A DNA stretch of 42,381 nucleotides from a virus, in IMG/VR virus record IMGVR_UViG_3300031616_000002, one strand, 5' to 3'. Below, piece by piece: positions 33,937 to 42,381 of this stretch; the first letter of the stretch is position 1; each line of letters starts with the position of its first letter. Below the pieces are notes generated by a model, which did no database searches, had not been told where the DNA came from, and saw only the letters and a list, made by a program, of their open reading frames with translations. A program made the position numbers and the translations under genes.

Positions 33937-34305
33937 ATGCCACGCGCCGCAGATTCGCTCGGGGATTTCGACCTGGAGGCTGCGCTCGCGAGCGCGAAGC
34001 TGGTCGAGGGCAACGTCACTCGTAAGGCGCGCGGCCCGCAGCCGAGTCCCTTCGACGAGATGCTGGAGAAGTCCTGGCAGCACGACCAGAAGATCGTCTT
34101 CTCGGTTCCGGCCGCACATCACACGAAGATCGAGCAGCGGATGCGCACCGCTGCCAAGCGCAAGAACATGGGCCTGCACTCCAGCGACCCGCGTACCGAG
34201 TGGGTGAACGGTGAGGGTGAGACCGTCACCGCGCCCGAGGGTGAGGTCTGGCTGGAGGCCAAGGCCATGCCGCTGCGCGGGTCGGAGACTCCGGCGGCCG
34301 AGTAA
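33937..34305 (+). CDS. Hypothetical protein
   Basis: GAAAGGA RBS, MPRAADS..., strong GC3 bias. Confidence 0.75.
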   Translation: MPRAADSLGDFDLEAALASAKLVEGNVTRKARGPQPSPFDEMLEKSWQHDQKIVFSVPAAHHTKIEQRMRTAAKRKNMGLHSSDPRTEWVNGEGETVTAPEGEVWLEAKAMPLRGSETPAAE

Positions 34306-34452
34306 CTCTCTTCGGCGCGCCTCCCTGTGAACCGAAGAGCAGATCGCATCTGAGCCTTTCCTGCTCGGGGCAGCTCGGGTGCGGTCAGGACCCGGGCGTG
34401 GAGACTAAATATCTTCACGCCTGGGTCCTTTTCCGTCCGAGGAGTAGAGGGC

Positions 34453-34659
34453 ATGCTGAGACGAATTCGCGTCGGCAGTGGCAATACATACCACCTCCCA
34501 CGTATCCGCTCCAGGGGCGATAGCATCATCGTCTGGAGCGAGCTCTTCACCGCCTGCGGCCGGGTGGGAGTGTCGGTCGACAATCCAGAACCATCGGGTC
34601 ATCAGGACTGTCTGAATTGTGTGGCAATCCTGTTCATGGAAGGAATTGTTTATGAGTGA
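34453..34659 (+). CDS. Small putative Zn-binding protein
   Basis: TYH...TACG...DCLNC; GGAG RBS. Confidence 0.6.
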   Translation: MLRRIRVGSGNTYHLPRIRSRGDSIIVWSELFTACGRVGVSVDNPEPSGHQDCLNCVAILFMEGIVYE

Positions 34660-35005
34660 CACCACTGCCAGCGGGGAGCGCATCGTCGATGTACCGCGCG
34701 GCCTGGATCAGCACATCGCGTCCTACAAGGCCATCACCCTGGGCCTGGCTCAGCTGGAGCGGGACACCAAGAAGCTCAAGGCCGAGCGCGACCTGCTGAA
34801 GCAGAAGATCGTGGCGGCCCTGAAGATCAACCCCGATGTGGATACGGCGGAGAAGCTGATCCTGACCCGGAGCACGGTGCCGGTGCTGCGCGTCACCATC
34901 TATCCGCACACGTCCATCGACCCCAACTACATCTCCGAGTTCTACCCGGAGATCTTCCAGAAGGCCAGCCGGACCCGCCAGGAAGTGAGGCTGCTGCCGA
35001 CATGA
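34652..35005 (+). CDS. Hypothetical protein (coiled coil)
   Basis: GGAAGGA RBS; MSDTTASGERIVD... Confidence 0.7.
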   Translation: MSDTTASGERIVDVPRGLDQHIASYKAITLGLAQLERDTKKLKAERDLLKQKIVAALKINPDVDTAEKLILTRSTVPVLRVTIYPHTSIDPNYISEFYPEIFQKASRTRQEVRLLPT

Positions 35006-35163
35006 CCGATCAGCCGACCTTCAGGATCATCGGCCCTGCTGAGAGCCAGCGTACCGCCGTCCTGCTGGAGTGCAGCGAGTGCGGCGCCCTGCTGTGTCAG
35101 CCGTCGCTGCAGAAGCATATCAAGTGGCATGGTTACGATACTTCGGCAGCGGAGAGGGAGTAG
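35002..35163 (+). CDS. 53-aa C2H2-type zinc finger protein (below ORF track threshold)
   Basis: ATGA overlap; MTDQPTFRIIGPAESQRTAVLLECSECGALLCQPSLQKHIKWHGYDTSAAERE. Confidence 0.7.
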   Translation: MTDQPTFRIIGPAESQRTAVLLECSECGALLCQPSLQKHIKWHGYDTSAAERE

Positions 35164-35165
35164 CG

Positions 35166-35447
35166 ATGGGAAAATCCAGAACGCCGAACGGCGAGCTGAA
35201 CCGGGTATGGCGGCTCTATCGGAGTGGCTGGCAGGCGGAGGACATCGCCGCCTACATGGAGTTGTCCAAGAGGCGCGTAGAGGCCTATCTGGCGGTCGGC
35301 GAGCCGCCACCCCGTAATGGTATCGATGAGGCCGATGCCATTGCGGTGACGGTCAGCTCCATACGAGATCGCGAGTCCCCGGGGGATATCAGCGACTGGG
35401 AGCGATACATCGATGGGGGAGTTGTTCGGTGGCGGCAGCCAAGGTAA
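35166..35447 (+). CDS. HTH DNA-binding protein
   Basis: VWRLYRSGWQAEDIAAYMELSKRRVEAYL; GGGAG RBS. Confidence 0.7.
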   Translation: MGKSRTPNGELNRVWRLYRSGWQAEDIAAYMELSKRRVEAYLAVGEPPPRNGIDEADAIAVTVSSIRDRESPGDISDWERYIDGGVVRWRQPR

Positions 35448-35863
35448 CACCGGCGAAGGTGCGACGTTGTAAGGATTGCGTGGTGGAGAATGGCGGAGCC
35501 GTCCCGAGGGGCGGCTTTCGCCCTGCGCCCCATCCCGGCCCGCGCTGTGTGACGCATTGGCGTCAAGAAACGAAGCGCCGGAAAGAGGCGCAGCGCGAAG
35601 TCCGCCGTGAGAAGCTGTATGGATTGAAGCCCGGCGAGTACGAACGGTTGTATATAGCGCAGGGTGGTAAGTGCTGGCTGTGCCGCCGTGCCACCGGCGC
35701 CTCCCGTGCACTATCCGTGGATCACGACCATGCCACCGGCGAGGTAAGAGGCTTGCTCTGCAGAACCGACAACGATCTTCTCGGACATGCCCGGGACAAC
35801 CCCGAGTTCTTCTTTCGTTGCATCGACTATCTACGGCACCCACCCGCCCGGAGGTTCCTTTGA
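35429..35863 (+). CDS. Endonuclease VII (Holliday junction resolvase)
   Basis: YGL...Y..L...QGGKCWLC...LSVDHDHATGEVRGLLCRTDN..LG. Confidence 0.92.
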   Translation: MAAAKVTPAKVRRCKDCVVENGGAVPRGGFRPAPHPGPRCVTHWRQETKRRKEAQREVRREKLYGLKPGEYERLYIAQGGKCWLCRRATGASRALSVDHDHATGEVRGLLCRTDNDLLGHARDNPEFFFRCIDYLRHPPARRFL

Positions 35864-36093
35864 TGGCTGAACTCGAAGATATCGCTGGAGCCGATGGTTA
35901 CGAGCATTACGTAGCCAAGACCGAAGAGATGCTGAATCATCCCATGTTGCGCAGTCGCCCGGACCTGGCCGTCATGGCCTACGCGACACTGGCGCTCGCC
36001 GCCGCCGTCCGCGAACTCGACGACAATATAGAGGGCCACATCGCCGAGAACGTAGCAGCCACCTTCGAGATCATCGAAAAGGTGGTCGACTGA
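35863..36093 (+). CDS. Hypothetical protein
   Basis: TGATG coupling; MAELEDIAG... Confidence 0.6.
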   Translation: MAELEDIAGADGYEHYVAKTEEMLNHPMLRSRPDLAVMAYATLALAAAVRELDDNIEGHIAENVAATFEIIEKVVD

Positions 36094-36094
36094 C

Positions 36095-36319
36095 ATGGGA
36101 TCTCGGTATCACGAGTACCTGGAGCATGCCGATGAGTACTATCGGAGCGAGCCGCTTCAGCGCATAGGCCAGGCTTACTGCAATGCGCTCTACGAGCTGC
36201 ATCCCGAATTCGCCACCGCGCTGGTCGGCACCAACCTCGATCCCTTCTACAACGATGGCCGCCTGGATGAATTCCTTGCAGCGGTGAAGGAGCAACTCGA
36301 TGGGCCAGCCGCAAGGTGA
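36095..36319 (+). CDS. Hypothetical protein
   Basis: QRIGQAYCNAL...DPFY motif common in small phage proteins. Confidence 0.65.
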   Translation: MGSRYHEYLEHADEYYRSEPLQRIGQAYCNALYELHPEFATALVGTNLDPFYNDGRLDEFLAAVKEQLDGPAAR

Positions 36320-37082
36320 GTTTTGGAGCCAGCCCACCGATACCCCGGATACAGATCCCCACACGGCCATCATCTTGGCTGGAGCGAGGGAGATTATCTG
36401 GTCGGCCGAGAATGCGCGGGACCGGTCGCAGCAGCGCGTACCCGGACCGTCGCAGCTGGGCTCGGAGTGCGAGAGGTCGCTGGCCTACACGATCCTAGGA
36501 TATCGACCCGTCAACCATACGGCCGATAAATGGCAGGCTCACGTGGGAACAGCCGTGCATGCCAGCCTGGCGTCGGCATACGAGAGGGCAGACAACAACA
36601 GCGGTCGGTATCTGGTGGAGCATCGCGTGTCGATGACCACACCGCAGGGCATCGTCGTCAGCGGGTCCCTGGATATCTATGATCGACTTACCGGAGTCGT
36701 CATCGACTGGAAATTGCCTGGCTCCAGCTCCAGGAAGAAGTACGCACGCAACGGGCCGCCGAAGGGTTATCGAATCCAGGCGCACCTGTATGCATATGGA
36801 CTGGAGCTGGCTGGCGAGTCACCCAAGCGCGTGGCAAACATCTACCTTCCGCCCGAAGGTCGACTCGACGATGCCGTGGCATGGTCGGAGTCGTATGACC
36901 GACGGATTGCACAAACGGCATTGAAGCGGCTGGAGAAGATCATCGTAACCGTCGGTGGTGATGCTCGGAACATCAAGTCGATTCCCAAGACGGTCACTGT
37001 TCTTTGCCGCTGGTGTTCGTTCTACATGCCGAACTCACCGGATACCATTGTCGGTTGTCAAGGTGCTGAAGGGCCTTTCTGA
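36300..37082 (+). CDS. Cas4-like PD-(D/E)XK exonuclease
   Basis: GPSQLGSECER, GTAVH, GSLDIYD, VIDWK, IQAHLY, CRWCSF...C (4-Cys Fe-S pattern). Confidence 0.88.
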   Translation: MGQPQGEFWSQPTDTPDTDPHTAIILAGAREIIWSAENARDRSQQRVPGPSQLGSECERSLAYTILGYRPVNHTADKWQAHVGTAVHASLASAYERADNNSGRYLVEHRVSMTTPQGIVVSGSLDIYDRLTGVVIDWKLPGSSSRKKYARNGPPKGYRIQAHLYAYGLELAGESPKRVANIYLPPEGRLDDAVAWSESYDRRIAQTALKRLEKIIVTVGGDARNIKSIPKTVTVLCRWCSFYMPNSPDTIVGCQGAEGPF

Positions 37083-37153
37083 CCCTTGAAGCTCCCACTC
37101 CCCTGTGGTAGCTTGTGAAACACCCCCAAGGCCCACCACAAGGAGTGCTTTAT

Positions 37154-38056
37154 ATGGGTACGCCCGATCGTCCGTTGACCCCGGAAGAGCAGTTCCTTTC
37201 TGGCGGCGGAATCGTCTCCATGAGTTTCAAAGGCGCGCCCCCGATTAGCATCGAGGGCTTCGTTATCGGCGAGCCTGTCCTACAGCAACAGAGGAACTTC
37301 GAAACCAGTAAGCCCGTGTTCTGGGGGGATGGCGGCGGAACGACCGACGACGCTTTCGACATCCAGGGGCATCCTCGCCGACCGGTGATGCAGCTGGCGG
37401 TGAAGTTGCAGACGGCGTGGCGTAATGGTGAAGGGGCCCCGCGCCCCGAGACGGTTCAGGCCGATGATGGGATTCGCGGCGTCTATCTGGCATTCGAACG
37501 TCAGAAGGCCGTGAGTGAGGCCCTGAGCCGAGTTCCGGGTATGCGCGGTTTGCATGACGGGGATTGGGTGCGTTTGACCTTCTATGCCGAGGACCATGCC
37601 CGGCAGGTCGGTAAGAAGAATCCTCCGAAGCTGTTCAGCGCGGAGGTGCGCCAGTCGGACCGGCAGCCGCAGGATGACATGTGGGCGACTGCACCGGAGA
37701 CCTACGCGAGGGCCCCGCAGGTTGCTCCTCCGGCGTACTCGCAGCCCGGGAGTGGCTATGGAGCTCCGGCTCCGGATCCGTACAGTCTTCCGCCCGCGCC
37801 CGCGAGCAATGGCTGGGGCGCCCCGGCCGGTTATGCCGAGAATCCGGCGTTGCAGCAGCCGCCGCTCCGTCCGCTTCCGGCTCCGGCAGCTGCGGCCCCG
37901 CAGGCTCCCGCGCCCGCTCCGGCGCCCGCTCCGATTCACCCGGAGGCGCCGCAGGTGCAGACGATTTCGGATGAGATCCTGAAGACGCTGGGTCCGGGTG
38001 CAATTCTGGGTTTGAAGGCGGCCGGGCAGATTCCGGCCAACTGGGGCGATGAGTAG
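37154..38056 (+). CDS. Putative single-stranded DNA-binding protein with Pro/Ala-rich tail
   Basis: AAGGAG RBS; QQRNFET.KP.FW, PVMQL.V.LQT, DDGIR..Y, PPKLFSA pattern of actinophage SSB-like proteins; next to Cas4-like gene. Confidence 0.7.
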   Translation: MGTPDRPLTPEEQFLSGGGIVSMSFKGAPPISIEGFVIGEPVLQQQRNFETSKPVFWGDGGGTTDDAFDIQGHPRRPVMQLAVKLQTAWRNGEGAPRPETVQADDGIRGVYLAFERQKAVSEALSRVPGMRGLHDGDWVRLTFYAEDHARQVGKKNPPKLFSAEVRQSDRQPQDDMWATAPETYARAPQVAPPAYSQPGSGYGAPAPDPYSLPPAPASNGWGAPAGYAENPALQQPPLRPLPAPAAAAPQAPAPAPAPAPIHPEAPQVQTISDEILKTLGPGAILGLKAAGQIPANWGDE

Positions 38057-38087
38057 ATGAGCGTCGACACACCGAAGGTGGGTTGAG

Positions 38088-38393
38088 GTGGAGGAGGTTC
38101 GCATCCTTGCCTGGGAGGAGCCGCCGCCGGTGAGCACCGGGAGGACGGGTGAGCGACGCGGCAGGTATGACGATGTTGTCGATGAGCTGCGTGACAAGCC
38201 CGGACATTGGGCCAAGATCATAGAGTCCGACAACGTTCATCGGATCCATCAGCTCACGACGAGGATCAACACGGAGAAGATCCTGGCCTTCCGCTCCGAC
38301 GAGGTCGGCGAATTCACTGCGGTATCACGCCAGGATCCCGCAACCGGTATCGCATCGGTGTATGCGCGCTACGACAAGAAGGTAGGCCTATGA
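38088..38393 (+). CDS. Hypothetical protein
   Basis: WEEPP...LRDKPGHWAKI...VYARY. Confidence 0.7.
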   Translation: MEEVRILAWEEPPPVSTGRTGERRGRYDDVVDELRDKPGHWAKIIESDNVHRIHQLTTRINTEKILAFRSDEVGEFTAVSRQDPATGIASVYARYDKKVGL

Positions 38394-38584
38394 AGCATGA
38401 GGTACCGGTCGTCGAGCTGGTTGACCGCGCCGGACGAACCTGGAAGTTCAGCAACTATACCTCTCCCACCGGCCCGGCCTTCTGTATCACGCTGCCGGAC
38501 GATCTGATCGAGTGGGCCGGAAACTACACCATCCACTTCAACGGCACGCTGAATATCGAGGAGGCCGAGGGTGGGGTGAAATGA
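38390..38584 (+). CDS. Hypothetical protein
   Basis: ATGA overlap; MKHEVPVVELVD... Confidence 0.6.
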   Translation: MKHEVPVVELVDRAGRTWKFSNYTSPTGPAFCITLPDDLIEWAGNYTIHFNGTLNIEEAEGGVK

Positions 38585-38892
38585 CGCCCGTCCCCGGGGT
38601 GCACAAGTTCGCCGAGGCGATCGAGAAGGAGCGCCGCCGTCAGATACGCAAGTGGGGCGATCAGCACCATCCGGACGGTACGGGTCGCACGGTGGATGTC
38701 TATCTGCGGGATGACGCCATTCATGAGACGCAGAGTGCGGCGGCTCATGGTGAGGTGACGTGGGCGATGATCCTCAAGGAAGAGGTCTTCGAGGCATTCG
38801 CCGAGCTAGACCCGGAGCATCTTCGCATCGAGCTGATTCAGGCTGGCGCTGTCATCGCGGCATGGCTGGCTGACATGGATTCGAGGGGATAG
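38581..38892 (+). CDS. MazG-like nucleotide pyrophosphohydrolase
   Basis: ERRRQIRKWGDQHH...WAMILKEEVFEA...LRIELIQAGAV all-alpha NTP-PPase pattern. Confidence 0.75.
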   Translation: MTPVPGVHKFAEAIEKERRRQIRKWGDQHHPDGTGRTVDVYLRDDAIHETQSAAAHGEVTWAMILKEEVFEAFAELDPEHLRIELIQAGAVIAAWLADMDSRG

Positions 38893-39254
38893 TGACACTC
38901 AAGACTGACCTGGCCGAGCATCATATCTCTGTGCTGAAGTTGTTGGCGGAGGGCATGACGCGCGATCAGGTCAGTCTTGCTATGCGCTTCAGCAAGTACA
39001 GCATCGACACGACATGCCAAGAGATCATCGCTATCCTTGGTGCGGTCAATATGACGAATGCCGTTGCCATCGCCTACGAGCGTGGCATCATGGGACACAT
39101 ACGGCATCATGTCCCCGGCACCACCTATGGCGTACGGTGGCATTCCTTCACGCACGTTCCGATGTGCGACGCCTGTCGTGAGTTCGATAAGGCGTATCGG
39201 CGAGGACGCAGGAGAGCGACACATGGCGAAGACCCTCCTTCCATACGCAATTGA
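38892..39254 (+). CDS. LuxR-type HTH regulator with C-terminal Zn-binding motif
   Basis: VLKLLAEGMTRDQVSLAMRFSKYSI...LGAVNMTNAVAIAYERGI; GT..G.RWH...PMCDACR. Confidence 0.75.
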   Translation: MTLKTDLAEHHISVLKLLAEGMTRDQVSLAMRFSKYSIDTTCQEIIAILGAVNMTNAVAIAYERGIMGHIRHHVPGTTYGVRWHSFTHVPMCDACREFDKAYRRGRRRATHGEDPPSIRN

Positions 39255-40089
39255 GGCAGCGGTAGGGTGGCATGTCTTCCCGGCGCGGCCGGGCACCAAA
39301 ATCCCGCTCGTCAAATGGGGTGACGAGGCGACATGCGATCTCGCCAAGATCGTTGAATGGTGGACGCGCTGGCCGATGGCAAATATCGGAATTGCCGTTA
39401 AGCCCTCCGGCCTGGTCGTGATCGATACCGACACGTTGCGCGACGGCGAGACGATACCGAAAGAGTTCGCCGACCTCGATATCCACGATGGTGAAGATCA
39501 ACTCGCCTACCTCGCCGAAACCCTCGGCGACGGAACCTGGGACTGGCTCAAGACCTACACGGTGCGGACCCCGAGCAACGGGCTGCACCGCTACTTCACC
39601 GCCCCCACCACGCCGCCGATCGTGGCCAACTCGCAGCCCCTCTACGGCTGTTACAAGCTGGACGTGCGCGGCGGTGGCGACACCAAGGGCGGCATCGTCT
39701 TTGCGGCCGGTTCGCGCAACGCGGCCGGAGCGCCCTACGAGATGGCCCTGGACTACAACGTCGGGGCCATGCCGACATGGCTCCAGGCGCGCTGCGCGGT
39801 CCGGCCGCCGACCATCCGAACGTCCCTGCCACGTACCGCGACGGCGCGGCAGGGCGACATACCCGAAGCGCTGCTGAAAAACCTGGCGAGGGCGCCCCAG
39901 GGTGAGCACGCATCACTGATCTACTGGTCGGCGCGTCAATGCCTCAATATGGGCATCCCGGAGGATGCCGCCATCCAAGCACTTCTCGATGTTGCTCTTG
40001 GCTGGCGCGAGAGTAAGCACGGATGGTCGCGCGGGCGTGTCGCTACCGCCGTGCGATCGGCCTACTCCCGGCCTGCACGAAGCGCTTGA
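39223..40089 (+). CDS. Bifunctional DNA primase/polymerase (Prim-Pol)
   Basis: GWHVFP..PGTKIP, ANIGI, GLVVIDTD, VRTPSNGLHRYF, LDVRG; AGGAG RBS before ATG 39223. Confidence 0.92.
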   Translation: MAKTLLPYAIEAAVGWHVFPARPGTKIPLVKWGDEATCDLAKIVEWWTRWPMANIGIAVKPSGLVVIDTDTLRDGETIPKEFADLDIHDGEDQLAYLAETLGDGTWDWLKTYTVRTPSNGLHRYFTAPTTPPIVANSQPLYGCYKLDVRGGGDTKGGIVFAAGSRNAAGAPYEMALDYNVGAMPTWLQARCAVRPPTIRTSLPRTATARQGDIPEALLKNLARAPQGEHASLIYWSARQCLNMGIPEDAAIQALLDVALGWRESKHGWSRGRVATAVRSAYSRPARSA

Positions 40090-40114
40090 CTGAAGACTCC
40101 ACACAACATAGTGT
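40086..40114 (+). promoter_or_regulatory. Housekeeping-sigma promoter
   Basis: TTGACT-N17-TAGTGT. Confidence 0.7.
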
Positions 40115-40156
40115 CAAGGAGCACTCCAAAGACGCCGACGAGGGGATAAGAGGATC

Positions 40157-40432
40157 ATGAACGAAGAGCAAGCTGCCGCACTCGGAGCTGCCATCATGGG
40201 CAGCGGCGACGACGAGGTCATGCTGGCCATGAATTCGGTTCTGGCAGCGGCGGCCATCATCGCTCGTCTCGTTGTTCTGTCCGAACTTCCGCACGACGTG
40301 CTGGAGCTCGTCATCGAGGCCACCCGCGCGGACGAGGACGCGTATCGCGAGTCCGGCCTGTGGAACCCCGAGCAGACCCCGAAGGTGATGCGCTTCAGCC
40401 ACGTCATCGCTGACCTGCTGGAGGGCAAGTGA
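40157..40432 (+). CDS. Hypothetical protein
   Basis: GAGGA RBS; downstream of promoter. Confidence 0.65.
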   Translation: MNEEQAAALGAAIMGSGDDEVMLAMNSVLAAAAIIARLVVLSELPHDVLELVIEATRADEDAYRESGLWNPEQTPKVMRFSHVIADLLEGK

Positions 40433-40629
40433 GCATCGTGCGGATGGTGGAGACGGCGGTAGAGCGACGCATGTCGAACGTGCAGCGCGCCGCGCGAGCG
40501 GCGAGTGATCTGCTGGAGCGTCTTTCGGTCCTGTCGCCCGAGGACCGCGACTCGGTGATCAACCTGATCCGCAACGACCCGTCGGCCAACGACGTGGCCG
40601 ACGCACTGACCATCCCGGAGGCACCATGA
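40429..40629 (+). CDS. Hypothetical protein
   Basis: GTGA overlap. Confidence 0.6.
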   Translation: MSIVRMVETAVERRMSNVQRAARAASDLLERLSVLSPEDRDSVINLIRNDPSANDVADALTIPEAP

Positions 40630-40994
40630 TCAGCGTTCCCGACCTTCTTGATGAGGTCGCCGACGAGGTGTCCCTGCCGGACGGCTGGCTCCAGGAAGAT
40701 CTCGGGGATTACGAGTCGCTCCTCGGCCCGGTCTGTGCCATGGGCGGTATCTACCGAGTCATGCTTCGTCACGGCATGATGCCGTATCGGATGGGAGGGG
40801 GTCAGAACGCTTACACACTTCCCGTCGCGGACTACATCAACGAGCACCCCGACGAGTACGGCGAGTATGGTTCGCGTATTCCCGGTCTTCGCGCCTACTC
40901 GGTCGTCGGCTACAACAACGCCCCCGGTCGTACGGCCGGTGAGGTTGCGGACCTTTTTCGTACCGTCGCCAAGCACCTCCGGGAGGAGACGTGA
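40626..40994 (+). CDS. Hypothetical protein
   Basis: GWLQ...GPVCAMGGI...YNNAPGRTAGEVADLFR, a pattern recurrent in small actinophage proteins. Confidence 0.7.
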   Translation: MISVPDLLDEVADEVSLPDGWLQEDLGDYESLLGPVCAMGGIYRVMLRHGMMPYRMGGGQNAYTLPVADYINEHPDEYGEYGSRIPGLRAYSVVGYNNAPGRTAGEVADLFRTVAKHLREET

Positions 40995-41353
40995 GAGTCA
41001 AAGTAGCGGAGCTGCGCGATGACATCGATGGCGGCGCCGCTCAGGAGACTATCGCTTTCGCGTTCGATGGCGGTCGCTATCAGCTCGACCTTTCGAAGAA
41101 GAATGCGACCAAGTTCCGTGCGGCGATGAGGCCCTATGTCGAGGCTGCGGTCATCAGTCAGTACCGGCGCGTCATCGACCAACACCTCGATGTCGAGATA
41201 CCCCATGTCGAGGCTGCCGCTGTCCGCCGCTGGGCCAATGCAATGAAGCCCGGCAGCGTAGCGGCGCGAGGGCGCATCTCGAAGGCTGTCTACTTCGCCT
41301 ACAATGCCGCGCACGCTGAGACAACCATACATACTACCGAGGGAGCGGTATGA
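40991..41353 (+). CDS. lsr2: Lsr2-like nucleoid-associated protein
   Basis: LRDDIDG..A.ETI.F.FDG..YQLDLS.KNA.KFR..M.PYV dimerisation domain; VRRWA...V.ARGRIS AT-hook RGR domain. Confidence 0.9.
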   Translation: MRVKVAELRDDIDGGAAQETIAFAFDGGRYQLDLSKKNATKFRAAMRPYVEAAVISQYRRVIDQHLDVEIPHVEAAAVRRWANAMKPGSVAARGRISKAVYFAYNAAHAETTIHTTEGAV

Positions 41354-41787
41354 CCGACACGCCCGTGGAACAGACGGCAGTTCTCGCCGTTCAACTCCTA
41401 GAAGCCATCCTCGAAAACCGCATAGCCATGGATGACGATGAATCGGCCGTCAATCTCGACGGTCTCGATGCGGCGATGACGGCCATCTTCGAAGAGCCCG
41501 AGCACATCCCCCAGGTGATCATGCACCTTGCGAGCCTCTTCGGTTCGGCCATCCTCACCATCGGCGCCGCGCTGACCAAGACGGTCGGCATCAACAGCGA
41601 GATGATCAGTATCGAGGTGGCGAAGGCCTTCAAGGACAAGCTCTTCTGCCACTACCTGCTATCCATTCAGGAGCTGGCCGAGAGCCATCCCGACCTCTCT
41701 GTCCCGCGCGACCAACCCGACGCAGCGACATGGATCGTCGATGTTGCTGCCAATGTCGACAAACTGCTCAGCGAAGGAAGACAGTGA
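41350..41787 (+). CDS. Hypothetical protein
   Basis: ATGA overlap, GGGAG RBS. Confidence 0.65.
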   Translation: MTDTPVEQTAVLAVQLLEAILENRIAMDDDESAVNLDGLDAAMTAIFEEPEHIPQVIMHLASLFGSAILTIGAALTKTVGINSEMISIEVAKAFKDKLFCHYLLSIQELAESHPDLSVPRDQPDAATWIVDVAANVDKLLSEGRQ

Positions 41788-42299
41788 AGTTCGATAACAG
41801 CATGTCCTACAGCGAGAGCGTCTCCGCGAACAAGAACGCCCCGGCGAAGCAGCCGAAGCACTACGAGATCGCTCAGCAGGTCGTCGGTGTCGCGGTCGAG
41901 ATCGTCGGCGATGAGAATGTCGTCGTCGCCACCGCCGCCTTCAGCGAGTTCCAGGGCATCGGCACGAGCCGACGCGCGTCCGGTGACCAGAGAGACATGA
42001 TGCTCGGCATCAACCTCGCCGTGCAGCGCGCCCTGGAGCGGCTCACCGAACGCCTGAAGGAGCACAACAGCGAGATCATCCAGCGGGCAGTCGTGGAGCA
42101 CCACGATGCCATCGAGGAATGGAACCGTCGCGCCGCGATCACTGAGGCTCGCCTGGAGAAGGAAGCCTTCAACCTGAGGTATCCGGATGTCCGCGAGGCC
42201 CGGCGTCAAAAGGCCGTCATGAGGCGCGCTGGCGGGGATCGGCAGAGCGTGACGGTGGCGGAAGAGCACGGCACCATCGTTCTCACTATAGGCGAATAG
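41784..42299 (+). CDS. Hypothetical protein with DUF1876/dsRBD-like motif
   Basis: GTGA overlap; GIGTSRRASGD.....LGINLAVQRALERL. Confidence 0.6.
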   Translation: MKFDNSMSYSESVSANKNAPAKQPKHYEIAQQVVGVAVEIVGDENVVVATAAFSEFQGIGTSRRASGDQRDMMLGINLAVQRALERLTERLKEHNSEIIQRAVVEHHDAIEEWNRRAAITEARLEKEAFNLRYPDVREARRQKAVMRRAGGDRQSVTVAEEHGTIVLTIGE

Positions 42300-42308
42300 A
42301 AAAGGAAG

Positions 42309-42381
42309 ATGAACGGCACCGGCGGCCACGAAAGTCCCCATCTCAACGATGGATTCTGTCTCTGCTACTGCATCGCCTGCG
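42309..42381 (+). CDS. Cys-rich ORF, 3'-truncated by window edge
   Basis: AAGGAAG RBS; MNGTGGHESPHLNDGFCLCYCIAC... Confidence 0.45.
   Translation, partial: MNGTGGHESPHLNDGFCLCYCIAC

Noticed and set aside
33868-42381. Integrase, repressor or att site indicating a temperate lifestyle
   Set aside because: No recombinase motifs in the window; lifestyle cannot be determined here

Overview
High-GC tailed (siphovirus-like) actinobacteriophage or prophage segment. Positions 1-29.2 kb are an HK97-type morphogenesis operon: terminases, portal, protease, capsid, neck/tail genes, a frameshifted tail chaperone, a 2021-aa tape measure with NlpC/P60 and transglycosylase-like domains, minor tail proteins and small membrane proteins. 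Positions 33.9-42.4 kb are early/replication genes: endonuclease VII, Cas4-like nuclease, SSB-like, MazG-like, Prim-Pol and Lsr2-like. Between them (29.3-33.8 kb) is an RNA-rich island, the most interesting part of the window. (1) A Ro60/TROVE gene is preceded by a promoter-driven array of six Y-RNA-like units sharing GCTGCGAAG...TACTTC...GTTC(T/C). Three carry circularly permuted tRNA-like (YrlA-type) domains and most display a different anticodon-like 7-nt loop. (2) A divergently transcribed 243-aa gene of unknown function is followed by a ~310-nt structured RNA with two further permuted tRNA-like domains. (3) A small cluster of tRNAs, some non-canonical. All calls were made by eye from the sequence and ORF translations; no searches or folding programs were run.
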